A DNA stretch of 64,000 bases, from positions 1 to 64,000 of IMG/VR virus record IMGVR_UViG_3300001460_000004; one strand, written 5' to 3'. The notes under the pieces were generated by a model. The model made no database searches. It worked only from the letters and a program-made list of their open reading frames with translations, and had not been told where the DNA came from. Position numbers and translations under genes: made by a program. Below, one piece after another: positions 45,668 to 54,136 of this stretch (position 1 is the stretch's first letter; every line of letters starts with the position of its first letter).

Positions 45668-46803
45668 TATAATGTTTCAATCCATTTCTTAAAATTATTT
45701 GGAAATTCATCTTTTAGCTGCTGGCTATATTCTAAAAATCTTTGTTGATTATGCAGGCATATATTTTTTGCTTGTTGTTGAAAAGTATTTAAGTCGCTTT
45801 TACACATAGATAAAATAGTTTGTGCTATTCCTTCGGCTCTAGTCTCGCCATCTTCTATACTATCCCAACTTTCATCAATGAGACTGCTAAACGTTTGAAA
45901 CCCTAAATTATGCAAATGTTTGTAGAAATACTGACTACCCATTGCAACAAACGGGTGCCCAATAATTATAGGTTTCCAAATTTTTTCAGTTCTAAACATT
46001 GGGGATTCTTGGAAAATAGTTTCACTTACTAAACTAAAATATGTATCAATATAAGGTTCGGGTTTTATGTATGCCTCTCCCCATTCAGCATGTCCACCAA
46101 CTTTAAACAAATGACTTTTTATATTACGATCAATTGAAGGTCTAGCTATACGCTGTGCATAACGGTCAACTTCATACTGTTTTGGTAATAACACAATTGG
46201 TTCTATTTCATCCATTAAGTTTGTATCAGCTTCGTATACCTGCATGCCACCACGTGGTGCTGCACGTTCATGTAGGTTAGTGTACAAACTGTCTTGCAAT
46301 AAATTAAGTTGCCGTAAACGTGCTAGCATCCATTTGCGATGTGTTCGCATACGCCCGTTTAAAAATAAAAATGTATATGGTTTATCTTTTTTGTTATGTA
46401 TTGCACTCACACTTGACATTGCTTGAATGTTTTCATCAAAGTTGCTTAACTTAACTGCAAAGTTATCGTGATTATAGTAATCAACATCTTCTGCTATTTC
46501 ACCTCCACTAATAACTGACATTTTTCGATCTAACACTAAATCTAAAATATTTAAATGCACAAATTGCCCTGACATTGTAGTGCTACCTTCTGCAGGATTA
46601 CTAAACACAAACTTTACACCTTGATCAATAAAACTTCTTATTTTTTCATTGTGTTCTGCAACAGTCGTCCTGCCAACAATGTAAGTTGCATTAACATCAA
46701 ATTCCTCTTTGCCAAAATCAAAAAAGTCACTATGTGCTAACGGAGCTAGTAATTCTGGCACTTCACAATTATAATCAATCAATAGTTTATGTGTTGTCAG
46801 CAT
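45667..46803 (-). CDS. putative glycosyltransferase (GT-B/GT10-like)
   Basis: LVSETIF..RTEKIWKPI..HPF..GFQTF..DESWD. Confidence 0.6.
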   Translation of the reverse strand: MLTTHKLLIDYNCEVPELLAPLAHSDFFDFGKEEFDVNATYIVGRTTVAEHNEKIRSFIDQGVKFVFSNPAEGSTTMSGQFVHLNILDLVLDRKMSVISGGEIAEDVDYYNHDNFAVKLSNFDENIQAMSSVSAIHNKKDKPYTFLFLNGRMRTHRKWMLARLRQLNLLQDSLYTNLHERAAPRGGMQVYEADTNLMDEIEPIVLLPKQYEVDRYAQRIARPSIDRNIKSHLFKVGGHAEWGEAYIKPEPYIDTYFSLVSETIFQESPMFRTEKIWKPIIIGHPFVAMGSQYFYKHLHNLGFQTFSSLIDESWDSIEDGETRAEGIAQTILSMCKSDLNTFQQQAKNICLHNQQRFLEYSQQLKDEFPNNFKKWIETL

Positions 46804-48220
46804 GGTACTTACATTCTTTCCACCAGTCTATCATTTCTGGAAATGTTGCTTTAAAATTTGTATTGCGTCTAGTATCGTGTTCTGTAAAAAACCTATAAAA
46901 GTCAGCACGATTTTGTTTTTGGTAATCTAAATCAAGCTCACTCCCTTTGCTCATCCATGTAATATCACGTTGCATACGTTGTACTTCATAGTCTTTAAAT
47001 CCATGAAATCTTGTTGCTTCTGTTTCCATATTAGATTTCATAAATTCTAGTATGCTTTGCATATAACTAACGTAGCTTGCCGGCAATAGTTGCAGACTTT
47101 GCCATGTGGGTTGTCTTAACAACGGAGTATCAAACCATATACGTTGATATGTCTTACTGTGTGTTTGCCGTAATTTTAATATGTTTTCAAGTAAAGTTTT
47201 TAAACTTGTGACGCTTAAATTATTCATTGTAATAATAAATGTTAAACTATTTCTCTCAGGAACATCTACTAGGTATTCGGTAACTCTATCCCACATTAAA
47301 TCAAAATTAAGACCATTACGCATGTATTCAGCTGGTTTACCCCACCCGTCAACGCTTACATATTGCATAAAGTGTTCTAATGTATCCGGTGTATTGCAAA
47401 GTTTTTGCAAGTATACTTTATATTTTTCCCATAACTTTTGTTCAACACTAAAATTACTAGTAGTAGATAAGTGCAAATTAGGTTTTGGATTATCTAATAC
47501 ATAATCAAAAACTCGATATGTATTTTTATCCATTATGGGTTCTCCGCCTGTCATTCTAAAATGTTCTAACTCTGGGTATAACTCAGGCCACCATTCCCAA
47601 AACGATTCCACATATGGATTGTGTTCTCTATTTGGGATTGGGCGTCTTTCTCCAGTAAAATATTCTGGTGCATTGTGCGGTTTTTTTGTAGGATATGCAC
47701 CACTGGCTTTACTTTCTTGCATCCAACTACTACTAAACTGTGGTGAACAATAACTGCATTTTAAATTACATACATTGTTAAAGTTAACTTCAACATAACT
47801 GGGATTTATATCTTTGAGACTATCACTTGTAATAATTGTATCAAAGTCTTTAGCTGCCCAAGGCTCTCCACTGCGATAACTTCTATCACTTAGTTGCCCG
47901 CTATCTTCAATTGCCCAACAATAACTACATTCTTTAGGACGAACACCCTCAAGCATTAACTTACGTTGCGACTTTTTATATGCGGTGTTGTGTAATCCAC
48001 TTCGACTGTTTTGTAAATCGCTTTGTTGTATTTTATGCAATGGTGGATGATAACAACTGTTGGTGTGCCCAGTTGGCAAATGCAAGCTCACTTGTTTCCA
48101 TTTGGCAAGACACATACTTGGACTGACTTTATTCAGCCTTTGTTGCATTAACTCTGCATCGCTTAAGAACTTGCTTTTGAAGTTAACGTCTGATTCGTCA
48201 CCTTTATTCATTTTAGCCAA
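46787..48220 (-). CDS. N-terminal twitch radical SAM enzyme
   Basis: CLAKW..SCYHP..CSYCW; CNLKCSYC; GGEP. Confidence 0.93.
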   Translation of the reverse strand: MAKMNKGDESDVNFKSKFLSDAELMQQRLNKVSPSMCLAKWKQVSLHLPTGHTNSCYHPPLHKIQQSDLQNSRSGLHNTAYKKSQRKLMLEGVRPKECSYCWAIEDSGQLSDRSYRSGEPWAAKDFDTIITSDSLKDINPSYVEVNFNNVCNLKCSYCSPQFSSSWMQESKASGAYPTKKPHNAPEYFTGERRPIPNREHNPYVESFWEWWPELYPELEHFRMTGGEPIMDKNTYRVFDYVLDNPKPNLHLSTTSNFSVEQKLWEKYKVYLQKLCNTPDTLEHFMQYVSVDGWGKPAEYMRNGLNFDLMWDRVTEYLVDVPERNSLTFIITMNNLSVTSLKTLLENILKLRQTHSKTYQRIWFDTPLLRQPTWQSLQLLPASYVSYMQSILEFMKSNMETEATRFHGFKDYEVQRMQRDITWMSKGSELDLDYQKQNRADFYRFFTEHDTRRNTNFKATFPEMIDWWKECKYHADNT

Positions 48221-49227
48221 TCTAAGTAGTTGTGGTTAGCACGTTGAGGAAAATAATTACTTTTTCCACCGTCTCTTTCAATATCTAATGTTAAACAATG
48301 CATACCTCCATCCCAAAAACCTTTGTGTGTAAAGTTACATTGTAGCACATTTATACCCAACTTGTCAAGGAATTCTAACAGCCTCGGGTTAGTGCTTATG
48401 CTCAATACTGTGTTGTTGTTAAGTACTAACATGTTAACACTAAACTGGGTTTCTTTATAATTGCCTACCCAATTCTGTGCATGTTTTTGTATGTGTTCTG
48501 CAAATTTGCCATTACCATTTACATTAGAATTTACCCACCATTCCCCAAAATGATCGTTACGGGCAGGCATCTCTTCTGGCATATGAAACACTTGCCAATT
48601 TGGAAAACTTTCTTTGTAATCTTGTTTCCAATGTGTTGTAACTATTACTCCTGGGGCAACTGGACAAAAAACACCATCGCTGTGTCCGCCAGTGCGTATC
48701 ATGTGTACTCGGTAATCCTGTGCCCACTTCAAAAACTCTATACTTACTTGCGGCATAACATGTTCATGACTTTCAGCATCAACAAAAATATCCTTGCCAA
48801 CACGTACAACACTAGGACCGCACAAACAGTTGTTATCTTCACCTGGCCTAGTTACAATTATTTCTCCTTCTAATTCTCTTAATGCATATTCCCAAGGATC
48901 TTTGTAACTTTCATCTAATTGATGATACAATGTATTTCCTAACACAAGTCCTCTATCACGTGGCATAATAGGTGGCTTAACAAGATATCCACTTGTATCA
49001 CAGTGCTGCCCTCTATTAACGCTATTAAAACTTGGACGAGTAACTTTTACCCCGTGTTCAACGAGTATTTTTTCAATGTTTTTTAAATCATTTTTTGTAG
49101 TTTCGGTTATTTCAATAAATGCTTCTGCTACATCTGGATTGTACTCACTGTAAAACTCTATAGGATATACATCTCCTAACCATACATGTTTTAATTGGTC
49201 CCATCCAGTGTGACTATTGATTTGCAT
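48208..49227 (-). CDS. amidinotransferase, second paralog
   Basis: WDQLKHVWLG, PRD, GGHSDG, WDGGMHCLT. Confidence 0.87.
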   Translation of the reverse strand: MQINSHTGWDQLKHVWLGDVYPIEFYSEYNPDVAEAFIEITETTKNDLKNIEKILVEHGVKVTRPSFNSVNRGQHCDTSGYLVKPPIMPRDRGLVLGNTLYHQLDESYKDPWEYALRELEGEIIVTRPGEDNNCLCGPSVVRVGKDIFVDAESHEHVMPQVSIEFLKWAQDYRVHMIRTGGHSDGVFCPVAPGVIVTTHWKQDYKESFPNWQVFHMPEEMPARNDHFGEWWVNSNVNGNGKFAEHIQKHAQNWVGNYKETQFSVNMLVLNNNTVLSISTNPRLLEFLDKLGINVLQCNFTHKGFWDGGMHCLTLDIERDGGKSNYFPQRANHNYLDWLK

Positions 49228-49906
49228 AATAAACTTTCCATACCTCGTCAAATAATTCGTTACTCTGGGCCTCTAGTTCACGTTGCATATTAACACAAAA
49301 TAAATTATAGTCATCATTAATATCTATAATTTGATCAGCATAGTCATCATTAACTTTTACATCTTGATAGTAACTCCAATGAAAATCAATAGTGTTCCAT
49401 GCACTTTCAACTGTTTGAATAAGTCCACTAAGTGGTGTATTGTTAGCAACTTCGTTCTGTCTTTTAACGTCTCTAAAATCTTTTTGAACCTCTTGATATA
49501 TATCAAATGCTAACTCATTTAATTGTTCTGCATTATTGCACTCAGGCCAACTTTCATCACGTATACTGTTGTAATGCTCAACAGGATCAATATCAGGTGC
49601 AGGTGCTTCTCGATATCTACCGTTAATATTCCATTCTCTACATAATGCGTCTTTAAGTTTTGTTTTTATTACTGTAATACGTGCTTTTGGATATGTTCTT
49701 CGTAAGAGTGCAGTATCTCTACAATGCGTTAACAAAAACGGTCTATCCCAAGACTTGTCTAGATAATACTTGTCGTTGCTGGTATATTCCTTTGCTTCGG
49801 AATGAAAATCAAAACTAGTATTGGGTGTTTTCCATTCTTTGTCAACTAAACAACGATAATAACGGTTTCCTCCTCCGCCAGGATAATAACTAATAATTTG
49901 CATCAC
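49214..49906 (-). CDS. hypothetical protein with a sulfotransferase-like N-terminus
   Basis: YYPGGGGN; internal YNSIRDESWP module. Confidence 0.5.
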   Translation of the reverse strand: MMQIISYYPGGGGNRYYRCLVDKEWKTPNTSFDFHSEAKEYTSNDKYYLDKSWDRPFLLTHCRDTALLRRTYPKARITVIKTKLKDALCREWNINGRYREAPAPDIDPVEHYNSIRDESWPECNNAEQLNELAFDIYQEVQKDFRDVKRQNEVANNTPLSGLIQTVESAWNTIDFHWSYYQDVKVNDDYADQIIDINDDYNLFCVNMQRELEAQSNELFDEVWKVYYANQ

Positions 49907-50826
49907 CAGCCCTCTGCTTTCCTTATTACATCAATTTCTTTTTTCATTATATCTAAATTAGTCCAATTTGATTGATAGTGGTGTTTAAAAAATTTACTAA
50001 CAGTTGAGTCAGCTATGTCAATGACAGGCAAATCTAATTGTACACTTAAAGCATTACTCACCTGTTGCATATCAACAGATTGATACTCACTGTAAATAGT
50101 TTCAAGGCTGTCAAATGATTGTACTTGAGTATAATCCCAGTCATTAAGCATTGTTAGCCAAGTGCCGTAGCGTGATCCAAGAATGGCTTGCTCACCGTAT
50201 TCAACGTCACGGCCTACATTGTGCCATATACTGAGATTGTCCATATTACGCTTATGTACTGCATCCTTAAATTCAACAACATTGGGTTTGCGTCCTCGGT
50301 TTAAGCACATTTTAACACCTTCTCTAAACCCTGCTCTCCAGGCGTGGAATGCACTTCCATTAGGGTAAGTTGTGCTATAACAATCATGCATTGCCCAATA
50401 CAGTGGATCAAAACAAAATTCTACATCTGTTTCATCATTGCCTAAACTATTTTCATGTGTACGCATGTTGTACACAAATTCTTTTGTCCAGCTGCTTAAT
50501 CCACCATTACCATATGTTAGTCCATTTATATGATTTTTTGCTCTCCATCTGAACACAGCACGTTCGCTTTCTAGGGAATCAAATCGTAAAGTTTGATTGA
50601 AAAAGTCCCAGTCTGGTAAATTGTCTCCATCAATTAATATAAACCGATCTGTGTTACTAGCATCAGCGGCAGCCTTGTGTGCAGCATCGCTTCCTTTAAC
50701 ACCATCTACACGTTCAGCCCACGGAATATGATTTCGTATGCTTATCCAAAATTCTTCTTTCTGAGGTTCATCATAGCTGAGATATATGCAGTCTAAATCT
50801 GCTACATCAACTGTTTTAATGTCCAT
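49903..50826 (-). CDS. GT-A fold glycosyltransferase
   Basis: SYDE, GVKG..AAHKAAA, FILIDGDN (DxD), YGNGG, AWRAGFREGVK. Confidence 0.75.
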   Translation of the reverse strand: MDIKTVDVADLDCIYLSYDEPQKEEFWISIRNHIPWAERVDGVKGSDAAHKAAADASNTDRFILIDGDNLPDWDFFNQTLRFDSLESERAVFRWRAKNHINGLTYGNGGLSSWTKEFVYNMRTHENSLGNDETDVEFCFDPLYWAMHDCYSTTYPNGSAFHAWRAGFREGVKMCLNRGRKPNVVEFKDAVHKRNMDNLSIWHNVGRDVEYGEQAILGSRYGTWLTMLNDWDYTQVQSFDSLETIYSEYQSVDMQQVSNALSVQLDLPVIDIADSTVSKFFKHHYQSNWTNLDIMKKEIDVIRKAEGW

Positions 50827-51146
50827 TGTTTTGCCTGTTCTGTGCTGCTTAAAAGTTCAACATGATGTTGATGTGTTGAGTACTCACCAGCATTGCTGGG
50901 TATAAGTTTATTTACGTGTACATCTAGGTTGATGTAATAAATTTTACTATCTTTAACAAATACATTTGAAGAATTTAAATTATACTGGTCTTGTGTAATT
51001 TCAATATAGTCTCCTGGTATGTCTTCCATAGTGTATACAATTGGTTCACCTGTTTGTTTGTTGTAATACAATCTCCAAAAAGGAACTATCTCTTCAGGCC
51101 AAACATAATTTTTCCAAAACTCTTCAAAGATCTCATTGTTGTTCAT
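50802..51146 (-). CDS. hypothetical protein
   Basis: Coupled ORF in the operon. Confidence 0.6.
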   Translation of the reverse strand: MNNNEIFEEFWKNYVWPEEIVPFWRLYYNKQTGEPIVYTMEDIPGDYIEITQDQYNLNSSNVFVKDSKIYYINLDVHVNKLIPSNAGEYSTHQHHVELLSSTEQAKQWTLKQLM

Positions 51147-51957
51147 ATTCTTTTATCCAATCTTTTATATAGTAATGAAATACTCCTTGCTGATGCACTG
51201 TATTAATTTTTAAACCAGTTGGTACTCTTTCCCAAACTAATTCACGTGTCCAATCGTTTGTTTGTGATTTAATAATGTGTTTTTTCATATGCACAATTGA
51301 TGGAGAATTTGTTAACGTAACTTTTTCTTTTCCAATTACAGTAGCAGCCATTGCATATACTACATCAGTTGTTGGTATAGTTTCGGGAAATTTTATTAAT
51401 GTTTTAAATTGCTCCCAGTTTTGAAATATATTTCTAACCAACTCAAAAAACTCTTTTGCAGTATTACTTAGCCTCCAATACACCATTGCATTATATGTAT
51501 CAGGTAAACAATTTTGATCAAATATACTTCGATAATGTCTGCTGTTGCTTGTGTTGTTATAATAATCTCGACAACCTGTACTAATTACAAGATCTCTTTT
51601 TCTAAATATATCCCAGTAATAATCAATATTACTAGTAACCAGGCAATCGGCTTCAAGTTTAATTGTTTCTCTAAACGGGCTAGTGTTAAACACTTGCCAA
51701 TCATTTGCAAATGCATTAGCATTTGGGTTTTGCATAATGCGTACATAATCAAACAATGGATCTTCAATTAATACATCAGTTAACAAGCAAACTTGATTGT
51801 ATGTGTTGTGTTGTTTAATACTGCCAGCCAGGCACTTTGCACACTCTATGTACTCGTTGCCTGTTGCTACAATCATATACCCTTGTTCACTTAGTACTGG
51901 CAACAATGTCTCCCAAGTGATGTTTGCCCATGGCATGAAAATCTGTATCTTGCACAA
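51133..51957 (-). CDS. GT8-like glycosyltransferase (true start probably near 51906)
   Basis: GY..A...Y..A..LA.SIK, SPFRETIKLEAD, TTDVVYA, VHMK. Confidence 0.65.
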   Translation of the reverse strand: MCKIQIFMPWANITWETLLPVLSEQGYMIVATGNEYIECAKCLAGSIKQHNTYNQVCLLTDVLIEDPLFDYVRIMQNPNANAFANDWQVFNTSPFRETIKLEADCLVTSNIDYYWDIFRKRDLVISTGCRDYYNNTSNSRHYRSIFDQNCLPDTYNAMVYWRLSNTAKEFFELVRNIFQNWEQFKTLIKFPETIPTTDVVYAMAATVIGKEKVTLTNSPSIVHMKKHIIKSQTNDWTRELVWERVPTGLKINTVHQQGVFHYYIKDWIKEYEQQ

Positions 51958-52687
51958 ATATATGTTTTCTAAGTTTTTTATTATCTTGAAACTGTATTTT
52001 AAACGTTTGATTGTCCTGGCTTGACAATTGATGTATTGGATCTATACTGGCCATACGCCAAGGTAGCACAGGCCATTTTCCAGTATTGCCGTATATTGTA
52101 TTCATTGCAATACTCAATGCAAAATCGTTACGGTATTGACTTTGGCCAATGCGATACAAATACCTATAATAGTCCCAATTGTTTTGTATTAACCCAATCA
52201 TTTCAAATATCAATTGTGCAGCACAGCTCTTTTTAAAATAAAGTACAGTAGCCCAACTCATGTTAAAATTAGTAGCACCAAAGCTATTGAGATGACTATA
52301 ATCTGTAACACCGGTTATGTCATATGCACTTCCCATTGGAAGTATGTCAGCATCAATATCAAGTACAACACGTAGCTGATCGCTGCATACTACATAGTCT
52401 GCATCTAGTAATATTGTTTGATCATACGGGCTAAGTTCATACACATTATATCTATTTTTATTCTGCCAGGCTACGGTTTCTTTTAAATCATCAAACCATC
52501 TCTCACCGTTTTCTTTAGGTGCTGCAACTTGTATTGTATTAGCATACTGAAGTTTTCTATCACTGTTGGTTATTACAGTGGTTGGTAAATTGAGATGTTT
52601 TTGTATTCGGTTTGCATTCCAATCTGCCATCTCTGTATAGGAAATAGCAGGATTGTCAAATGCAAATATGATTACACCTTGGCTCAT
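51887..52687 (-). CDS. GT8-like glycosyltransferase
   Basis: SPYDQTILLDADY (DxD), WATVLYF, RNDFALSIA, HAMGK. Confidence 0.7.
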   Translation of the reverse strand: MSQGVIIFAFDNPAISYTEMADWNANRIQKHLNLPTTVITNSDRKLQYANTIQVAAPKENGERWFDDLKETVAWQNKNRYNVYELSPYDQTILLDADYVVCSDQLRVVLDIDADILPMGSAYDITGVTDYSHLNSFGATNFNMSWATVLYFKKSCAAQLIFEMIGLIQNNWDYYRYLYRIGQSQYRNDFALSIAMNTIYGNTGKWPVLPWRMASIDPIHQLSSQDNQTFKIQFQDNKKLRKHIFVQDTDFHAMGKHHLGDIVASTK

Positions 52688-52992
52688 CTATTTTTACGTG
52701 ACATTTCGTATTCTTGTAACCAAGCGTTCATTTGTTCTTGCCAATGTTGCATTACTAAGTTCTTAAATGTTGATACATTTATTTTTATTGGAGTATCGTA
52801 TACATCCAATAATACAACTTCATCATCAGTGCATGCTGATAGCAAACTAATCAACTCTGGTCCAGTTTTCCACAAGCCATTATTGTGTGCAAAAAGCATC
52901 TTTGCTTGGTATTTTTCTTTTAGCACTCTACGGCTAGCACTGTGGTCAAAACGACTTCGTGCGTGTTGTACAACTTGTTCAATATTATTCAT
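52684..52992 (-). CDS. hypothetical protein, first gene of the modification operon
   Basis: ATG at 52992 lies immediately after a sigma70 -10 box. Confidence 0.65.
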   Translation of the reverse strand: MNNIEQVVQHARSRFDHSASRRVLKEKYQAKMLFAHNNGLWKTGPELISLLSACTDDEVVLLDVYDTPIKINVSTFKNLVMQHWQEQMNAWLQEYEMSRKNR

Positions 52993-52998
52993 GTAACT

Positions 52999-53027
52999 AT
53001 TATAACAAAGATTTATGATAAAGTCAA
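52999..53027 (-). promoter_or_regulatory. sigma70-type promoter heading the modification operon
   Basis: Minus-strand TTGACT-N17-TATAAT with extended TG. Confidence 0.8.
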
Positions 53028-53041
53028 GTACTTTGCTCAAA

Positions 53042-53068
53042 ATAAAAGAGCCACTTGGGCTCTTTTAT
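53042..53068 (-). terminator. rho-independent (bidirectional) terminator after the tail genes
   Basis: ATAAAAGAGCC-N5-GGCTCTTTTAT. Confidence 0.85.
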
Positions 53069-53091
53069 CAAGATGTTATTATTATATCTTA

Positions 53092-54084
53092 TTACGTTGT
53101 TGTAGCTGCAACTGATTGAGTACCCCAGGTGTTTGTTAAGAATGTAGTACTTGGTGGTGTAACTGTTACAATAGTAGCTGGTGCAGTACCAAAGCTACCA
53201 AATGGTGAGCTAGTTGCAGTACCGCCTGTGATAACATCACTACTACCAGCGCCTGATCCACCTGGATCACTCCAAGTTGTTGTTAATACTATCTGTGTTA
53301 AAGAACTAGCTGTTTTTGCTTGAACTTGAATAAACTGTCCTGTGTATGGAGCAGTGTCAGCAAATTGCTTATAAAGTAGTGTATCACTTGTAGTTAAATC
53401 GTACCATCCAGTATTACTTGCTAATGTATTTGGCGTACCTGTACCACCAACTTTTGTAGTTCCTGTATAACTTACACCGTTGATGTTTTGTGTAGCAGTA
53501 CCGCCAGAGAGGTAAATGTCACCAACTAGTGTAGTTGCAAGATCATTCCATTCTGCATCAGCTAAGTTACCAGTTGATGTTTTACTGCAAGCCCATTTAA
53601 TTAAACCGCCGCTGTTAAAGAAATAACGTGCCTCGTTTGCACTACCAAATGTTATAGTGTGAGAGAACACAATAGTCCAGGCACTACTACCAGAACCAGT
53701 AGATGATGTTTTGCTTGATGTGCCAGAAAATGCTACAATAGGTGTTCCACTTCCTGCAGCACTTCCTCTGTTTGTGTTCAGTGTTCCTAAGTCACTAGCA
53801 ACCGCAGTTAAAATTGAAATAGTGTCACCTGCACTTGGTGCTGTTCTACTAGTAATTGAAGTGCCTTGATGTGATGCAATGGTACTAATAGTGTTAACTA
53901 GCGTTGCCCATTGTGTTGCGGAGATCGTTGCTGCTGCCGAAACTGTTGCAATTGTTCCTGCTTGCCCGTATCCTTTATCTGCACTTCCTGTACCGTAGAT
54001 GTCGTTTACATTGCCGTCTGCTGTATTAGCTGCGAAACCATTATAGTCAGTGGCAACGATTTGAGATCCTGATGTGTATGTCAT
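53092..54084 (-). CDS. virion structural (tail-associated) protein
   Basis: G/S/T-rich; GYGQ; ARYFFNSGG; structural gene block. Confidence 0.75.
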   Translation of the reverse strand: MTYTSGSQIVATDYNGFAANTADGNVNDIYGTGSADKGYGQAGTIATVSAAATISATQWATLVNTISTIASHQGTSITSRTAPSAGDTISILTAVASDLGTLNTNRGSAAGSGTPIVAFSGTSSKTSSTGSGSSAWTIVFSHTITFGSANEARYFFNSGGLIKWACSKTSTGNLADAEWNDLATTLVGDIYLSGGTATQNINGVSYTGTTKVGGTGTPNTLASNTGWYDLTTSDTLLYKQFADTAPYTGQFIQVQAKTASSLTQIVLTTTWSDPGGSGAGSSDVITGGTATSSPFGSFGTAPATIVTVTPPSTTFLTNTWGTQSVAATTT

Positions 54085-54136
54085 ATTTTAGTTCTTCCCG
54101 ATTTAATGTACGAGGCCTTCACAAAAGTCCTAGCAT

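Noticed and set aside
38880-48220. RiPP cluster (SPASM maturases plus precursor peptide)
   Set aside because: No RRE/PqqD domain, peptidase/transporter or leader-core precursor is evident, and the neighbours are sugar enzymes. Not fully excluded.
28298-52992. Bacterial O-antigen/capsule locus or a true aminoglycoside antibiotic cluster
   Set aside because: No Wzx/Wzy/ABC export, cyclitol synthase or clear resistance gene is present, and the context is phage. The aminoglycoside link is an enzyme-family analogy only.
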